The notes beneath the pieces are model-generated. The model was not told the DNA's origin and made no database searches. It saw only the letters and a list, made by a program, of their open reading frames with translations. Positions 21,063 through 29,863 of a stretch of DNA of 64,000 nucleotides are shown here, piece by piece. A program made the translations under genes and the position numbers. Origin of the DNA: an uncultured Verrucomicrobiae bacterium (GTDB lineage Bacteria; Verrucomicrobiota; Verrucomicrobiia; Chthoniobacterales; JAFAMB01); the NCBI GenBank assembly GCA_963813025.1, contig CAWEXO010000011.1, forward strand, positions 576,001-640,000. Reading direction: 5' to 3'. Within the stretch, counting starts at the first letter, position 1. Every line of letters begins with the position of its first letter.

Positions 21063-22697
21063 TTACGCCATGACTTGCGCGGCTAAACGCTGCATACCGG
21101 TCGCGCCTTGCGGGACAGTGCCGCGTTCTTCGGAGCTTTGCCTCTGACCGTTCCCATCATAGGCCCGGACAGCAAAGACCACCTCACCCGCTTTCTCCGG
21201 AATGAAAGGAAAACTCCACAGACTCCATGATATTTTCGTTCCCGGATGGATAATGGTCGCCTCTTGCCACGTCTTTTCCTTGTCGTGGCTCAATTCGACC
21301 TTGCTGAGCCCGCGATCGCCTCCAAACGCAATACCGCGAATTTCCACCGACTCACCAACGTGGAACGGAGCATGGAACCGGCCGTTCCGTGCCATTGGAC
21401 TATCAATCCGGGAAAACGTCGGAATGGTAAAGTTCGGTCCCCAGCCTTGCTCTTTGTAGAAGCCGCAGCCGTGTGTGCGAACCAGCCTCGGATCGTTTGC
21501 TGCGAGCAGTTCGATCTTGGTCAGCCATTTCGGATTCTTCTCGCCATACAGCCCGGGCACAACCATTCTCAGGGGAAAGCCATGGATTCGCGGGATGGGT
21601 TCGCCGTTCATGTCGTAGGCTAGCAGCGTTGTTTTCTCGGAAGCTTTGGCGTACGGAATCGTCTCGTAATAGCCGTCGGCTGCGTGAAAGAGGAGAGCCT
21701 CGATGCCTGGCTTTGGCTTTGTCTGCGCTAATAGATCCGGAAGCGGCACTCCTTTCCAGACAGCATTGCTCATCAGCCCGCCACCGATCGGATTGCTGAT
21801 GCACATCAGGGTGGTTTCCTGTTCGACTGGTGGCATGGCCGCGATTTCGGCGAAGGCAAACGTCTTCGGTTGTTCCACCAAGCCGCCGACCTCCAGCCGC
21901 CAGAGGTCGCGCACCACGTCCGGATCCACAATGTTTTTGGTCACCGAATAGAATTTTTCAGTAGGCGTGACCTGGGCGATGTCGGGACCGTCGTAAGTGT
22001 GCCCATCGTAAAAGAATGTGCCCAGCTGATAAAGCCGTCGCAAAACGGCGGCGAACGCGACGCCGATTACCGCCATCAGGCCGAGCGCCAGGAAAGAGCG
22101 GCGAGAGGTGCGCGGGCGAACGGCGGTCGCTGGTAGAACTTCAACGGGGGTGGCATCGAGTAAACGATAGAAAAAGGCTATGCCCAGAGCGCACGCGCTG
22201 AAGTCAATCAGCAAACCCAGAGCGCCGAGCCACGTTGCGATTGACGGTGGCACGCCGTGGTACTGGGTCAATAACGTTGGCCAAAGAAAAATCACGAAGG
22301 CTAACCAGACGAGGAGCAGGAGTGGTAAAACAGTCCGCAGATCTCCGCGTACTTTTTGCCGGCGATCCGCGATTGGCGATTGGCGAATGCGCAGCACGGC
22401 ATAGAGAACTCCGGCAATCATCGCGACAATCAGTTGGCCGGCCAAGGCTCCCACAGCACCGGAGATTTTGAGCGGTGTGTAACCGCCGGCTAAAACGATG
22501 GATTTGATAAACACATCGATCGACACAAGAGGAAAAGCTCGATCGAAAATCATTTCCGTTGGCGTCGGGAAGCCGAGCAGCCAGCGGAGCAGGAGCGCTA
22601 CCAGCAACATCAACAGCCCGCCGCCCAAGCCAGACAACAAACCGATTAAAAGCAGGCGAACTATACCTCGGTTTCGCGAAGAGGTCTTTTGCATCAT
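21063..22697 (-). CDS. Membrane-anchored molybdopterin oxidoreductase (sulfite oxidase/MsrP-like family)
   Basis: N-terminal TM helices, internal SRRSFL motif, TLMCISNPIGG, MNGEP....HGFP.R..VPG.YG.K..KW. Confidence 0.88.
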   Translation of the reverse strand: MMQKTSSRNRGIVRLLLIGLLSGLGGGLLMLLVALLLRWLLGFPTPTEMIFDRAFPLVSIDVFIKSIVLAGGYTPLKISGAVGALAGQLIVAMIAGVLYAVLRIRQSPIADRRQKVRGDLRTVLPLLLLVWLAFVIFLWPTLLTQYHGVPPSIATWLGALGLLIDFSACALGIAFFYRLLDATPVEVLPATAVRPRTSRRSFLALGLMAVIGVAFAAVLRRLYQLGTFFYDGHTYDGPDIAQVTPTEKFYSVTKNIVDPDVVRDLWRLEVGGLVEQPKTFAFAEIAAMPPVEQETTLMCISNPIGGGLMSNAVWKGVPLPDLLAQTKPKPGIEALLFHAADGYYETIPYAKASEKTTLLAYDMNGEPIPRIHGFPLRMVVPGLYGEKNPKWLTKIELLAANDPRLVRTHGCGFYKEQGWGPNFTIPTFSRIDSPMARNGRFHAPFHVGESVEIRGIAFGGDRGLSKVELSHDKEKTWQEATIIHPGTKISWSLWSFPFIPEKAGEVVFAVRAYDGNGQRQSSEERGTVPQGATGMQRLAAQVMA

Positions 22698-22768
22698 TTT
22701 GTCGAGTTGCCCCAACGTGAACTTATTCCTTTAGTCTGCGTCGCTCGCAACCCCTTACAGACCAGTTA

Positions 22769-22850
22769 GGACGAGCGGGAGCTCGTCCATACCACATTCT
22801 GATCGCTGTTGATCGGTAGGGATCGGCTCAGGATCGGCTCCTGCCGGTCC
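22769..22850. repeat. REP family B pair
   Basis: GGACGAGCGGGAGCTCGTCCATACC and CGGTAGGGATCGGCTC...CTGCCGGTCC; related copies at 5615-5675 and 63945-63970. Confidence 0.65.
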
Positions 22851-23018
22851 AGCAGATCCTCCTGGTCGAAGTCTGGTTTGATCTCCGTGCCGGGAGTCAG
22901 ATCTGTTTACCCAGAATCACTTAGCCCGAAACTCCGGCCCAACTCATCCTCCACCACCTCGGTTGGTCTTTACCCGAACAACCACCTCCAAAAATCTATC
23001 GCGACCAAAATCTGCGAC

Positions 23019-23714
23019 TCAGGCGCTTGTTCTCTGTCGGCTGACCCGCAGGAAGGTTTGCATGATCCGGATAGCTGCGCGGATGGTTCCGATGAATGAG
23101 CCGGACACTTTTGATTTGCCGCCCCGCCTGTTCCGATGATCGACGGGCACTTCGAGAATTCTTGCTCCGCGCCGGGCCACGAGCATCTGCATCTCGAGAT
23201 TCCAGCCGTACGTTTCCTCGTGCATGCCGAGTTCCTGGAAGAGCGTTGCCCGGATGGCTCGGAACGGGGACATGTCGGTGAAACGCACTCTGTAAGCCCG
23301 CTGGAGCAACCAGCCGGCCACGTGTGCGGCCATCAGTTGTGAAGTGTTCATGCTCCCCGGTTCACGATGACCGCGAGTTCTCGAACCGATGACAAAGTCG
23401 TACTCGCCCGACGCCACTGGTGCCACGATCTGCGGCATAAATTCCGGGCGATCGCTCCCGTCGCCATCGATAAACACCAGAACGTCCGCGCCTGCTTTTA
23501 TGGCGGCATTTGCTCCCGCTCGGCAGGCCCGCCCATAGCCGGGGGTCGGTTCGGTTACTACCTGTGCACCGGTCTGACCCGCCACAGCGGCGGTTCCATC
23601 GGTGCTGCCGTTGTCCACCACGATGATTTTATCGATGACCGTATGCGGTATTGAGCGAATGACCTCGGCGATCACTTCGGCTTCGTTGAGCGCCGGGATG
23701 ATGAGGAAGACCAT
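23019..23714 (-). CDS. Glycosyltransferase family 2 (polyprenol-phosphate glycosyltransferase-like)
   Basis: IIPALNE, VDNGSTDGT, DGDGSD, GSR, TD...FRAI, SKVSG. Confidence 0.92.
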   Translation of the reverse strand: MVFLIIPALNEAEVIAEVIRSIPHTVIDKIIVVDNGSTDGTAAVAGQTGAQVVTEPTPGYGRACRAGANAAIKAGADVLVFIDGDGSDRPEFMPQIVAPVASGEYDFVIGSRTRGHREPGSMNTSQLMAAHVAGWLLQRAYRVRFTDMSPFRAIRATLFQELGMHEETYGWNLEMQMLVARRGARILEVPVDHRNRRGGKSKVSGSFIGTIRAAIRIMQTFLRVSRQRTSA

Positions 23715-23717
23715 GCG

Positions 23718-23759
23718 AGTGGCAGTGTTAGTGTCAGTGCTAGTGCTAGTGTTAGTGTT
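23718..23759. repeat. Hexamer tandem repeat (AGTGYY-like) x7
   Basis: agtggc agtgtt agtgtc agtgct agtgct agtgtt agtgtt; the same unit occurs x4 at 59695-59718. Confidence 0.8.
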
Positions 23760-23859
23760 TCGTTCATTTTTGCGCGATCGCTAGTGGTTAATCTTGAACG
23801 AGCGCTGTTCCGAGCTGCTGCTGGTTAGTGAGAGGACTGCAGGAATGGATAACGCTTAA

Positions 23860-25071
23860 TCAAGTTTTTTGCAGCGCCCTCGATCCCGCCCCGCTTGCAC
23901 CGGCACTTGCAGTGAGATCCACTTTTTGCAAGATCCCTTTCGCGCGCAGGATTTGCTCTGCTTCTGCGAAGTATTCCCGAATACTACCCTGGCAGCGAAT
24001 CCAGGAGAGGTATCGCTCGATCCCTTGTTCCAGTGCAACCTGGGGTTGGTAACCAGCTGCGCGAATACGCGTGGTGTCCGAGATCAGGTGCCGCATCTCA
24101 CCCGGTCGAAACTCGCCATTCAGAATCGGCTCGAGACGGACATCAAGCGCTTCGCTGATCAGCTCAGTAAGGCGGCGGATGCTGACCGCTTGGCCGCTGC
24201 CGACATTCAAGGCAAGTCCGTCTAGTTGCGAGCTGGTGGCGGCTAGCAGATTCGCGCGGGCGATATCTTCAACGAAACTGAAGTCGCGGGTTTGCTCGCC
24301 ATCCTCATAGATTATCGGAGGCAGGTTGTTCAACAGGCGCGTGCAGAAAATAGCAATCACCCCGGTATAAGGATTGAAGATCGATTGACGGGGGCCATAG
24401 GTGCAGGAGTAGCGTAGAGCGACCGCCGGAATGCCCGTTTGGCGGCCCCAGATCAAAACCAATTTTTCCTGGTCGATTTTCGTAATCGCATAGACTGTTT
24501 CGCCGCTCAACGGTGTGTTCTCGGGCGTGGGGACGGAAGTCGTACCCGCGCCGCAAATCGGACAATGCACGGAGAAATCGCCTTGGCGCAGTTGAGCTAC
24601 CGGGCGGACGGGCGGGAACACCAGCCCGTGACTCGGACACCGTCCAGCTCCTTCCGGGTAAACAACCTGCGAAGAGGCAACGATGACTTTTTTTATGGGC
24701 AAATGTTTCTCGCGAATCAGCTCGAGCAGTTGGGCTGTGCCAAAGCTATTCACCGAAATGTACTTGGAGAGCTCCGGCATGTAACCGCCATAGGCGGCTT
24801 CATGAAAGACCACATCGACATCCTGCAGAGCCGCTTCCACCGCTGTTCCATCGCGGATGTCGCCCGGCAGAAACTCAAACGAGGCGTTCTGGCGGTTCAG
24901 CCAGGGAGGAGAGCCGTGGCGATGAGTTTGCGGCTCAAGATTGTCAAAGACGCGGACCGTCCAGCCCTGGGCGAGCAAGAGGTCGGTTATATGCGAGCCA
25001 ATCAGCCCTGCGCCTCCGGTGATTAGAGCACGCCGGCCGTGGCGAGCAGGGTCAAAGAGGTGGTGTTTCAC
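23860..25071 (-). CDS. NAD-dependent epimerase/dehydratase (extended SDR)
   Basis: TGGAGLIGSH, YAITK, LRY..TYGPRQ, EDG.QTRDF; Cys-containing insert C..HG...CP.C. Confidence 0.9.
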   Translation of the reverse strand: MKHHLFDPARHGRRALITGGAGLIGSHITDLLLAQGWTVRVFDNLEPQTHRHGSPPWLNRQNASFEFLPGDIRDGTAVEAALQDVDVVFHEAAYGGYMPELSKYISVNSFGTAQLLELIREKHLPIKKVIVASSQVVYPEGAGRCPSHGLVFPPVRPVAQLRQGDFSVHCPICGAGTTSVPTPENTPLSGETVYAITKIDQEKLVLIWGRQTGIPAVALRYSCTYGPRQSIFNPYTGVIAIFCTRLLNNLPPIIYEDGEQTRDFSFVEDIARANLLAATSSQLDGLALNVGSGQAVSIRRLTELISEALDVRLEPILNGEFRPGEMRHLISDTTRIRAAGYQPQVALEQGIERYLSWIRCQGSIREYFAEAEQILRAKGILQKVDLTASAGASGAGSRALQKT

Positions 25072-25101
25072 GTTTTACGTTTCACGTTTCGCGGAATTAG
25101 G

Positions 25102-26559
25102 TCACTCGTCTCCCTTCAGCCGTTCAAGCCGCTCAGCCCGCTGATCATTTCCGAGCCGCCAGATGCCGAGACCAAGCAATACGAGAAAAGGCAGCCAGAT
25201 CTGCGAGTGTAACATGAAATAGTTTTGTCGAGTGTACTCGTGAATTGCGCGGTAGAGAACAAAGCATGACAGAGTAACAAATAGACCGGCGGCGGAAGGC
25301 ACAAATACCAGGAAAGGCACCAGCCAAGCGTTGTACCATGGGTAATCAAAGGACAGCAGGGCGGTAAATGCGAGCACCAAAAGGAAAGCCTGCCTGAGCA
25401 TCATTGTGTTCTGCGCGATGATTGGCTCGAATGCTTTCTCCGAACTCGGGCCGGTTGGATCTGGCGTTCCCAATTTCCAATTTATTTTGAGAAAAGCGCG
25501 GAAAGCGAGTGCGCCCAATCCCATGAGCGCGGATACGATGAACACCAGCGGCGGGATGCGGAAAGGGAGACCGCTCCAGTGGAGGAGATGATTGAGCAGA
25601 TTTAAGAAGTAATAGCGCTCGCCGGTCTGCAATCGCTCCTCGCGCGCATAGCTTGGCAAAAAACCAAGCACTTTGGAACCAACGCCAACAAAGTAGATGA
25701 GATAGAGCAGCGCCACAATTAATCCAGCGGAGATCGGCATTTTCCAATCGCGTTTTCGGTAAAGCACCGGAAAAAGCAGCAACGGAATGAACTTCGTCAC
25801 CATGGCGCAACCGAGGGCCAACCCGGCCGCGACGGGCTCGTTTTCGGCCCTGGCCAGGAAAGCTAGGACGAGAAACAAGATCATCACTGAATCGATGTGG
25901 CCAGCACTGGCAAATTCCCAGATTGGTAAAGGATGCCAGGCGTAGACCAGGACGCGTTCCCGCGGCAGATGCAGGACAGCCAAGAGTCGCACCAGAGCGG
26001 CGACGGTGGTCAGATCGATCAAAGCCATCGCCGCTTTGAACCAGCAGACCGAGTTGCTTAGGCAGGCAATGGCGTAGAACCACAGTTCGGCGAGCGGCGG
26101 ATAAATGGTTGGTGCGTAGTCTTTCCGATTTATCTTCGGATAGATCTGCGGATCGCGCAGCAACGCCAGATGCTGGTCGGCTGGTATATAGGCGTAGGGG
26201 CTAAATCCGGCTCGTTGTACTCGGCCGTCCCAAAGATAACGATAGAGATCGGTGGAGAGCCGTGGCGGATCCAAGGGCACCAGTAACAGTCGCGCTACTA
26301 CGGCAAAGATGAGAATAACGGCCAGGCAACCTTTGCCAAAGATAGTTGCCCGAAAACACCGATAGACGGCCAAGGCAAACGGAATGCCGCTCAATAACAG
26401 AAAGGTAGTCAGGAGGAAGATGTTATCGGCCAGGTAGGCGCTAATAGCCGCTAGTTCAAAGCAGAGGCAGGCGAGCCCAAGCCAAGTCAGACTTGGCCAG
26501 CGGAGAACGCTTTGTTCGCTTTCTACCGCAGAGGTCGATCCTGGATTCGGGCGATCCAT
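25102..26559 (-). CDS. GT-C fold membrane glycosyltransferase (GT87/DUF2029-like)
   Basis: S.D.YRYLWDGRVQ..G..PY, TIYPP, YAWHPL...E....GH.D; many TM helices. Confidence 0.82.
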   Translation of the reverse strand: MDRPNPGSTSAVESEQSVLRWPSLTWLGLACLCFELAAISAYLADNIFLLTTFLLLSGIPFALAVYRCFRATIFGKGCLAVILIFAVVARLLLVPLDPPRLSTDLYRYLWDGRVQRAGFSPYAYIPADQHLALLRDPQIYPKINRKDYAPTIYPPLAELWFYAIACLSNSVCWFKAAMALIDLTTVAALVRLLAVLHLPRERVLVYAWHPLPIWEFASAGHIDSVMILFLVLAFLARAENEPVAAGLALGCAMVTKFIPLLLFPVLYRKRDWKMPISAGLIVALLYLIYFVGVGSKVLGFLPSYAREERLQTGERYYFLNLLNHLLHWSGLPFRIPPLVFIVSALMGLGALAFRAFLKINWKLGTPDPTGPSSEKAFEPIIAQNTMMLRQAFLLVLAFTALLSFDYPWYNAWLVPFLVFVPSAAGLFVTLSCFVLYRAIHEYTRQNYFMLHSQIWLPFLVLLGLGIWRLGNDQRAERLERLKGDE

Positions 26560-26567
26560 GCGGACGC

Positions 26568-27344
26568 TCAGGGCGGGAATTTGCCAGCGGCGTTTTCCCG
26601 GAAACGCCACTGTTCCAGGAATTTGCGCGTAATCGGGGCGGGATAACAAGATTCTTCCGCAGCAGATCGGGACATGAGTTCACGCGACAGACGTTCCAAC
26701 GACGCGGCGTCATCCACGTCATACCACTCGCCCAGAGTGACGACCCGCAAGCCGAGTTCCGCGGCCCTTTGGAGAGTCTGGCTGAACACGCGGTCCGTGC
26801 TCCAATCAATATTGGCAAATAACGCGGGGTAAAGCGTGGTCATCCCGATCAGATAATAACCTCCGTCTTCGGTCGGACCGAGGACGAGCCGGTCAGCCGG
26901 CGCACTAGTTAGCTGATCGATCAGCTCCTGGTAGTAATGTACGGGCAAGGACGGGCTATCGGAGTCGATCAACGCCACGCTCGAAAAGCCCACGGAGAAC
27001 AGGTCCCGGAGAGCATTGTGCAGGCGTTGGCCAAAATCGGAACCTCGTTGAGGGATCAAAAAGAATTCCGGCGGGACCGCTCCGAAAAATTCGTTTTCCG
27101 AACCGGCCGGCGTATAGATCGCTACACCCACAGCCTGGCCGGCTTTGCGGCAGGCCAGTGCGATATTCGCGGTTGTGTCCCGGAGAAAACATCGGCTCAG
27201 ATCAGCGGCTTGCTCCGGTCGAAGCGGCGGACACAATCTTGTTTTGGACTGGCCGGGTCGAGGCGCCTTGATCATGACCCCGAGTGCGCAATACCCGATC
27301 AGGCCCTTGACCGTTTTGTCTGGTTCAAGGAGTGCGAAGCTCAT
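26568..27344 (-). CDS. DUF2064/TIGR04282-family glycosyltransferase-like protein
   Basis: K.P.PG.SKTRL, Q.G.D.G.R, DSDSP, GP..DGGYYLIG, WST, WYDVD. Confidence 0.85.
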   Translation of the reverse strand: MSFALLEPDKTVKGLIGYCALGVMIKAPRPGQSKTRLCPPLRPEQAADLSRCFLRDTTANIALACRKAGQAVGVAIYTPAGSENEFFGAVPPEFFLIPQRGSDFGQRLHNALRDLFSVGFSSVALIDSDSPSLPVHYYQELIDQLTSAPADRLVLGPTEDGGYYLIGMTTLYPALFANIDWSTDRVFSQTLQRAAELGLRVVTLGEWYDVDDAASLERLSRELMSRSAAEESCYPAPITRKFLEQWRFRENAAGKFPP

Positions 27345-27499
27345 GGCTCGACGTTCCGTGGTTGAGAATCAAAGTTCAAGGCTGTCGCGCCAGATCGTTT
27401 TGGCTGAGCGATTTATCACGCCAGTCTGGCCAATGCAGGGTATCGAAGCGCGTTTAAGCGATGGGAAGGACCCGATGCCGGTAGATACGGTCTTGGATG

Positions 27500-28510
27500 T
27501 CAAGGGCATTGCTTTAAGGAATGGCGGGCCAGGTTAGGATTGTAGGGTTGTTGGTGAGCGAGAACACCGAAGGCGATGTGCAGGAGTTTTCGCATGACGG
27601 CACCGCGGATAGCCAGGGAGTGGAGCTTGCGCGACTCGAGACCTGCGGCCCATTGCTGGATGGGTTTACACCAGCGGCGAGCAACGGCGGCCGGCAAATA
27701 GAGTGCTTTGCGCAGGAAAGCGTTGCCGATTTTGCACAGGGTGGTTTTGCCGTAGAGCGAGACACCGGAACGGAATTCAGAAGGATTCAGCCCAGCATAG
27801 GCCGCCAACTGCCGAGCCGATTGGAACTCTTTACCGGCCAGCTCGGCCAGCAGCTTGGCGGCCGTGAGCTGGGCAATGCCGGGAATAGAGCACAGCAGTT
27901 GGCTTTGGCGGCTTAAAGCCTGATCAGCCGCGACTAAGCCGAAGATGGCCGACTCCAGCTGAGCGATTTCTTTCTTGAGCTGGGCGAGTCGTTGGCCACG
28001 CTGTTGGCTGATAAGCTCGGGCAGCGCAATTTGGTAAGGGTCTTTTTTCACCCGGTTCTGTTCCCGGATGAGCTTGCCAACCCGGCTTTCGCGCTCCCGC
28101 ACCAGCAGTTTGAATTCTTCCTCAAGGGGGCGCAGCGGCCGAGTGGCCAGTGGTTTTCGCTCCAGACAAAACTGGGCAATGATGGCCGCATCAACCCGAT
28201 CATTTTTGGTGCGGCGCAGGACCGAGAAAGCAAAGTATTTGACTTGGGCGGGATTGAGCACGCTGACCGCCAAGCCTGCTTGGTGCAGAGCGGCGATCAA
28301 TCTCTTCCCGTAGACCCCGGTGGCTTCCAGGGCGAAGTGGATCTGGGAGAGCGGCCAAGAGCGGGCCTGGAGTTGGGCTAAAAATGCTCCAATGCCGGTC
28401 GCATCATTGCTGAACTTTCCCCGCCACAGGCGAGTGCCATTCTTGGAGAGCAGGCAAAAGTCAAAGCTTGCTTTTGCCATATCAATACCCATGCAGTAGC
28501 GTTTTTTCAT
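27500..28510 (-). CDS. IS110 transposase / bridge recombinase (336 aa)
   Basis: RuvC-like DEDD (GID, LEATG, KND..DA), SIPGI, A.AGL.P...SG.S (Tnp serine), GNA.LRK.LY, A.MRKL. Confidence 0.95.
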   Translation of the reverse strand: MKKRYCMGIDMAKASFDFCLLSKNGTRLWRGKFSNDATGIGAFLAQLQARSWPLSQIHFALEATGVYGKRLIAALHQAGLAVSVLNPAQVKYFAFSVLRRTKNDRVDAAIIAQFCLERKPLATRPLRPLEEEFKLLVRERESRVGKLIREQNRVKKDPYQIALPELISQQRGQRLAQLKKEIAQLESAIFGLVAADQALSRQSQLLCSIPGIAQLTAAKLLAELAGKEFQSARQLAAYAGLNPSEFRSGVSLYGKTTLCKIGNAFLRKALYLPAAVARRWCKPIQQWAAGLESRKLHSLAIRGAVMRKLLHIAFGVLAHQQPYNPNLARHSLKQCP

Positions 28511-28559
28511 CAGACAGGAATTCGCGTTGAATTGGTTCTTTGTTTGATGAAGCGCTTGG

Positions 28560-28790
28560 GCGCGCGCCTGCTGACAGAGCCTTGTGAACACGGGCTTATG
28601 TTCCAACCCTGTTTGGAAGGGCCTAAGATACGGTACGGTCTTATGCAGGTGCGGCACGAGGAAGGGTGGACTAATCTACCGGACAGGTTCTACCGACCTT
28701 TGGGCGAGGCAGTTTTCCACCCTCCTCGGCCAAGTTCTTCACCTCCAGAGTTCCGCCCTTGCGGGCGGCTTTAAAAGGGAAAAAAAATTG
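28560..28790 (-). ncRNA. IS110 bridge RNA (target-binding and donor-binding loops)
   Basis: Guides CCTCGCCCA (28709-28701), CCGGTAG (28682-28676), ACCGTATCT (28634-28626) and CACAAG (28586-28581) match the target and donor; closing stem GAGGAGGGTGGA/TCCACCCTTCCTC; ends are approximate. Confidence 0.82.
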
Positions 28791-28805
28791 GTGGGGCAAG
28801 GTACA

Positions 28806-28956
28806 AGGGCGAACACTTGTTTTGAGCCGGACCCCGGAGTTGCCACCGTCCAAGACGGCTCAAACGAGTCCTCGCTGAAGCTCGGATAAGTTTTCGCCCT
28901 ACCGGTCGTGGACCAGCGGGATTTTGTGAGACAGCCTCTAAATTTTTGCCCTACCG
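28806..28956. repeat. REP family A REPIN on the RAYT 3' side (left arm split by IS110)
   Basis: AGGGCGAACACTTGTTTTGAGCCG...CGGCTCAAAC...TTTTCGCCCTACCGG, plus partial TTTTGCCCTACCG near 28944. Confidence 0.85.
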
Positions 28957-29017
28957 AAACAGGGCAAATAGTGAGTCAACGAGTGCTTAGAGCCGTCACC
29001 ACCAATCAGCAATCGGG

Positions 29018-29458
29018 TCATCTCACCTTGGAATCGCCAACGCGCTGGCTCGTCGTCAAGCCCGCCCTAATCGGATTCACGAGTATATACCGGTACCTTG
29101 CTTCAGCGCTGTCGTGGGCGCGAATCCGATGATGGAATGCCCCGGACTGCCATCTGCACCCTGGCTGATCGAATCGTAGTGAGACCCGCGATTTCCAAAT
29201 CTTGATCCAAAGATCCAGTCCGGCTGGGCCTGAGCCTGGCCAAGCAAAGAAATGCAGGTGATCAGGCATGATCATGTAGCGCCCGATGTGCCAGTCAGTT
29301 GCTTCTCCCCACGCTGCAACGAGCAATGTGTGTACCGTATCGTTAGCCAGCCATCTGACTCGCTTTCGGGTGCACACGGTGACAAGCACCAAAGTGGGCT
29401 GTTCGTCGATAAAAAGAACACCTTTTGCCGGGTGTTTGCGTGGCGGCCGATAATCCAT
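29018..29458 (-). CDS. REP-associated tyrosine transposase (RAYT, Y1 HUH); probable C-terminal frameshift
   Basis: VT.CT, MPDHLH (HUH), WQ..F.H.IR, YI..NP.RAGL; the alternate frame continues EPARWRFQGEM; flanked by GTAG REPs. Confidence 0.88.
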   Translation of the reverse strand: MDYRPPRKHPAKGVLFIDEQPTLVLVTVCTRKRVRWLANDTVHTLLVAAWGEATDWHIGRYMIMPDHLHFFAWPGSGPAGLDLWIKIWKSRVSLRFDQPGCRWQSGAFHHRIRAHDSAEARYRYILVNPIRAGLTTSQRVGDSKVR

Positions 29459-29560
29459 CTAACACAATTATTCGATGTGTTTTCGATCGGCGATTTAAAA
29501 CTTGAACTTTGGCCGCGTCAGATGAAGAGAGTGTGTCGCAACATTGGCCCGATCCCGCGC

Positions 29561-29772
29561 CGGTAGGTGAAAACTTTATTTGAGCCGTTTTGCGCGCGTG
29601 GCCTACCTTTTGGTCCGGCTCAAACAAGTTTTCGCCCTACCGATCTAGGGCGTTGCGCGACATGCTCTTTATTCGAGTGCCAAGCGAGAACTTGTTCGAG
29701 CCGGGCGCTGAGGCAGGTCACACCTAAGACGGCTCAAACAAGTCCTCGCTCGAATAAATTTTCGCCCTACCG
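29561..29772. repeat. Two REP family A REPINs upstream of RAYT
   Basis: CGGTAGGTGAAAACTTTATTTGAGCCG / CGGCTCAAACAAGTTTTCGCCCTACCG (29561-29642) and GCGAGAACTTGTTCGAGCCG / CGGCTCAAAC...TTTTCGCCCTACCG (29684-29772). Confidence 0.87.
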
Positions 29773-29863
29773 ACATCGGGCACGAGGGCGATTTCGTTGC
29801 ACTTATGCCGCGCTGTGATCTGCGATTGCTATCTGCAATCGCGAGCGCAACGTGGCAACATAA

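Larger units (their letters stand above)
27483..28807 (-). mobile_element. IS110-family (IS621-like) insertion sequence, about 1.32 kb, inserted in a REP
   Basis: CT cores on the minus strand at 28807-28806 and 27484-27483; excision restores the REP CGGCTCAAAACAAGTGTTCGCC-CT-ACCGG. Confidence 0.9.

Noticed and set aside
27470..27503. IS-derived hybrid promoter driving the glycosyltransferase operon
   Set aside because: In the integrated state the hexamer 17 nt after TTGACA is CGGCAT, which is not a plausible -10
28806..29772. Clustered ~27-bp repeats as a CRISPR array
   Set aside because: The repeats are inverted pairs with irregular spacing around a RAYT gene, and there are no cas genes; they are REPINs
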